Shown here one piece after another: positions 61,611 through 64,000 of a stretch of DNA of 64,000 bases; position 1 is the stretch's first letter; each line of letters starts with the position of its first letter. Under the pieces are notes generated by a model that saw nothing but the letters and a program-made list of their open reading frames with translations, was not told where the DNA came from and ran no database searches. The position numbers were made by a program, and so were the translations under genes. The stretch comes from Lingula anatina (Eukaryota > Animalia > Brachiopoda), in assembly GCA_051362555.1 (NCBI GenBank), contig CM120644.1:3914954-3978953 (forward strand), written 5' to 3'.

Positions 61611-64000
61611 CTAACTTATTTGCAATATTAAACAAAATTTACCTGCATAATTATCACTGCTTCCTTATTATTAATCTAGCAGAGAGCTTTACCTTTGGGA
61701 GTTTACAGGGAAATATCAACAAGTGTGCTTTACGTAATCTCATTTAATGGCCTATTAAAGCAAATGACTTTATAACTCTGAAATTAATCTAGTGATACCC
61801 AAGGGTAATTTACAGACTGACCCACTCAAAGGTCTTCAGGCCCATAAGTCACACCTTAAGAAAAGCACAAAACCATAATGCCCAAAATAGGAGACTACCA
61901 ATCCTGATGCAATAATACATTATGTTTAACTGCACAGTCAACATCAACTTATGCACAACAGGTAACACAGACGAAAGTAAAAGCATAAGGCTCCAGGCCC
62001 ATCAGAGTTCAAGTTTATACTTAGAAAGTGCCAGAATGAGAAAAATGAAAATTTCACAAAAAATGCATAAATACAATAAACATGATAATCCAATAGAGCT
62101 GGTTTTCTCATGAGCTGAAGGCCAATCCTAAAAATCGTACTTGTAAGTTTAAAATTATAATAAGTAGCACAGTTTTCTTTTCATAATGTTTGCAGTAGCA
62201 GTGCAAAAAGATTGTTGTCAATTTTGATGTAACATTACATAATAAATTAGAGAATTATTATCACCAATTTTTGTTTATTGACTATAAATAGGATGGACAT
62301 GTAGAAAATATGATTACCATTTGGCTTCATGTCCATGGGAGCTCCGAGTCCCACAATGAATATGCCAAAAAGATAATGAATATTACACTAAAATGTATAA
62401 CTTCCAGAAAAAGAAGCCAATTAGACTGCTTTTCTAACTCAGGCTGCATTTAAGTCCTGTGTTTCTTTTTTGAAAGTTTGACAGTCATAAGTAACACGGT
62501 TTTCCCATAATGGTCATCAAGGCAGCAGCACCAAAAATTGTGTTTTCTTCTATTTTGATGCAACATTACATAATGCTTAACAGCATACTGACCATCGATT
62601 TTTAATAATTAAATATAAGTGTCATGGATTTTCACAAAATGTGACTAGCATGGGTCTTCAAGCCCATGGAGGTTCTAAGTCACACCTTGGAAATGCCAAT
62701 ATGTGAAAAATTAAATTTTCACAAAAAACTGTTTAATTGCCAGAAAAATTTACCAAACAGACTGCATTGCCTACTGAAGCTGTATTTTAGTCCCATGTTT
62801 CTTTCCTGTAAGTTTGAGAACAGTAAGTGACATGATTTTCCTTAAATGGTCATCATGGGAGCACTGCCCAAAATAGGGGTTTCTTCAAATTTTGATGCAA
62901 TATTACATAATGTTTTACAGCATAATGACCATCAATTTTTAATTATAAAATATTAGTATCATGGTTATTCAGAAAATGTAACTAGCAAAAGTCTTCAGGC
63001 CCATGGAACTTCAAAGTCACATATTGAAAATGCCAAAATGTAAACAAGACAGCACTGTTCTGAAATGGGTTTATTTCCATTTTTAACACTTTTTTAACAT
63101 AAAACAAAATAAACAGTTTACTGCCATTTTTATATGACCAATGAAGAAAATTGATGAGATGGGAAAAGTATCAATAGAACAGTGTTAAATGTCCAACTTC
63201 CTCCATTCTGAGATTCTGAACATAGTGGATGAATGCATCTGAAAAACTGAATTGATATGAGTTTATTTCCATTTTTGACACTTTATTACACAATACATGA
63301 TAACAAGTTTACCATCATTTTTACAAAATCAACTAACAATGTTGTAAAGATGCAGGAAATGTCAAACAAACACTTTTACGTATCTTATTAGTTCAATAAT
63401 GAGACTGTTAACATGCTTAAGAATTGAATCTGAGGAAATGTGAAAAAAACAGTATAACTTCTAAAATAATGGCCCGATTATGCTGATTTTCGAACTCAAC
63501 CTGCGTTTTAGTAAGATTGACCACTCCTGTGAGTATAATTACAATTGGCCAATCCGTTTTTCTTATATTGTGTTATCAGTGTTGCATTTATATTGAAAAT
63601 AGTGGAAAAACAGCATAAATTCCCTCAAAATAGCCCAATCATGCTGATTTTCGAACTTGACCTGCGTATTATGAATATTCATCAGTTCTGTAAGTTTCAA
63701 GTCAAAAAGTAAAACGGTTTTCCACTTATCGTGTTATCGGTGCTGCATATATGCTGAAAAAAGTGAAAAAACAGCATAAATTACCTATAAGTGACCCGAT
63801 CATGCTGATTTTCGAACTTGACCTGCGTATTATGAATATTCATCAGTTCTGTAAGTTTCAAGTCAAAAGGTAAAATGGTTTTCCACTTATAGTGTTATCG
63901 GTGCTGCATATATGCTGAAAAAAGTGAAAAAACAGCATAAATCCCCTAAAAGTGACCCGATCATGCTGATTTTCGAACTTGACCTGCGTATTATGAATAT

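Larger units (their letters stand above)
59223..64000. repeat. Stacked copies of the 52703-55102 element family in a large TERT intron, ending in a ~160-bp satellite at the window edge
   Basis: Heads at 59223 and 60701; 59280-60700 and 61900-63800 are diverged copies of 52940-54990 sequence; CGAACTTGACCTGCG near 63651, 63813, 63974. Confidence 0.85.

Overview
AT-rich, intron-containing animal genomic DNA, probably a marine invertebrate (inference; species not determinable). Left to right: (1) 5' part of a minus-strand DEG/ENaC (ASIC-like) channel gene whose intron 4 holds a decayed pogo-type DNA transposon with a nested Helentron-like element carrying a 146-bp satellite; (2) a complete 9-coding-exon KLHL7 orthologue; (3) two paralogous 4-exon genes (21.6-22.8 kb and 42.5-43.6 kb), missed by the ORF track, for a ~110-aa MGCTQS-initiated putative myristoylated protein, each with an upstream CRE; (4) between them a 15.7-kb array of a ~1451-bp unit arranged as an asymmetric inverted repeat, each unit carrying two RNA polymerase III-type (A box/B box/oligo-T) structured ncRNA cassettes, one resembling vault RNA; the array abuts a 5'-truncated Methuselah-like GPCR pseudogene; (5) 13 exons of the 3' half of TERT on the minus strand, with two NAT16/histidine N-acetyltransferase-like GNAT genes nested antisense in one intron and a third paralogue just downstream; (6) Helentron-like satellite-bearing elements and MITEs. 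All gene models were read by eye from GT-AG sites and frame continuity. Family calls rely on remembered motifs and were not searched against any database.
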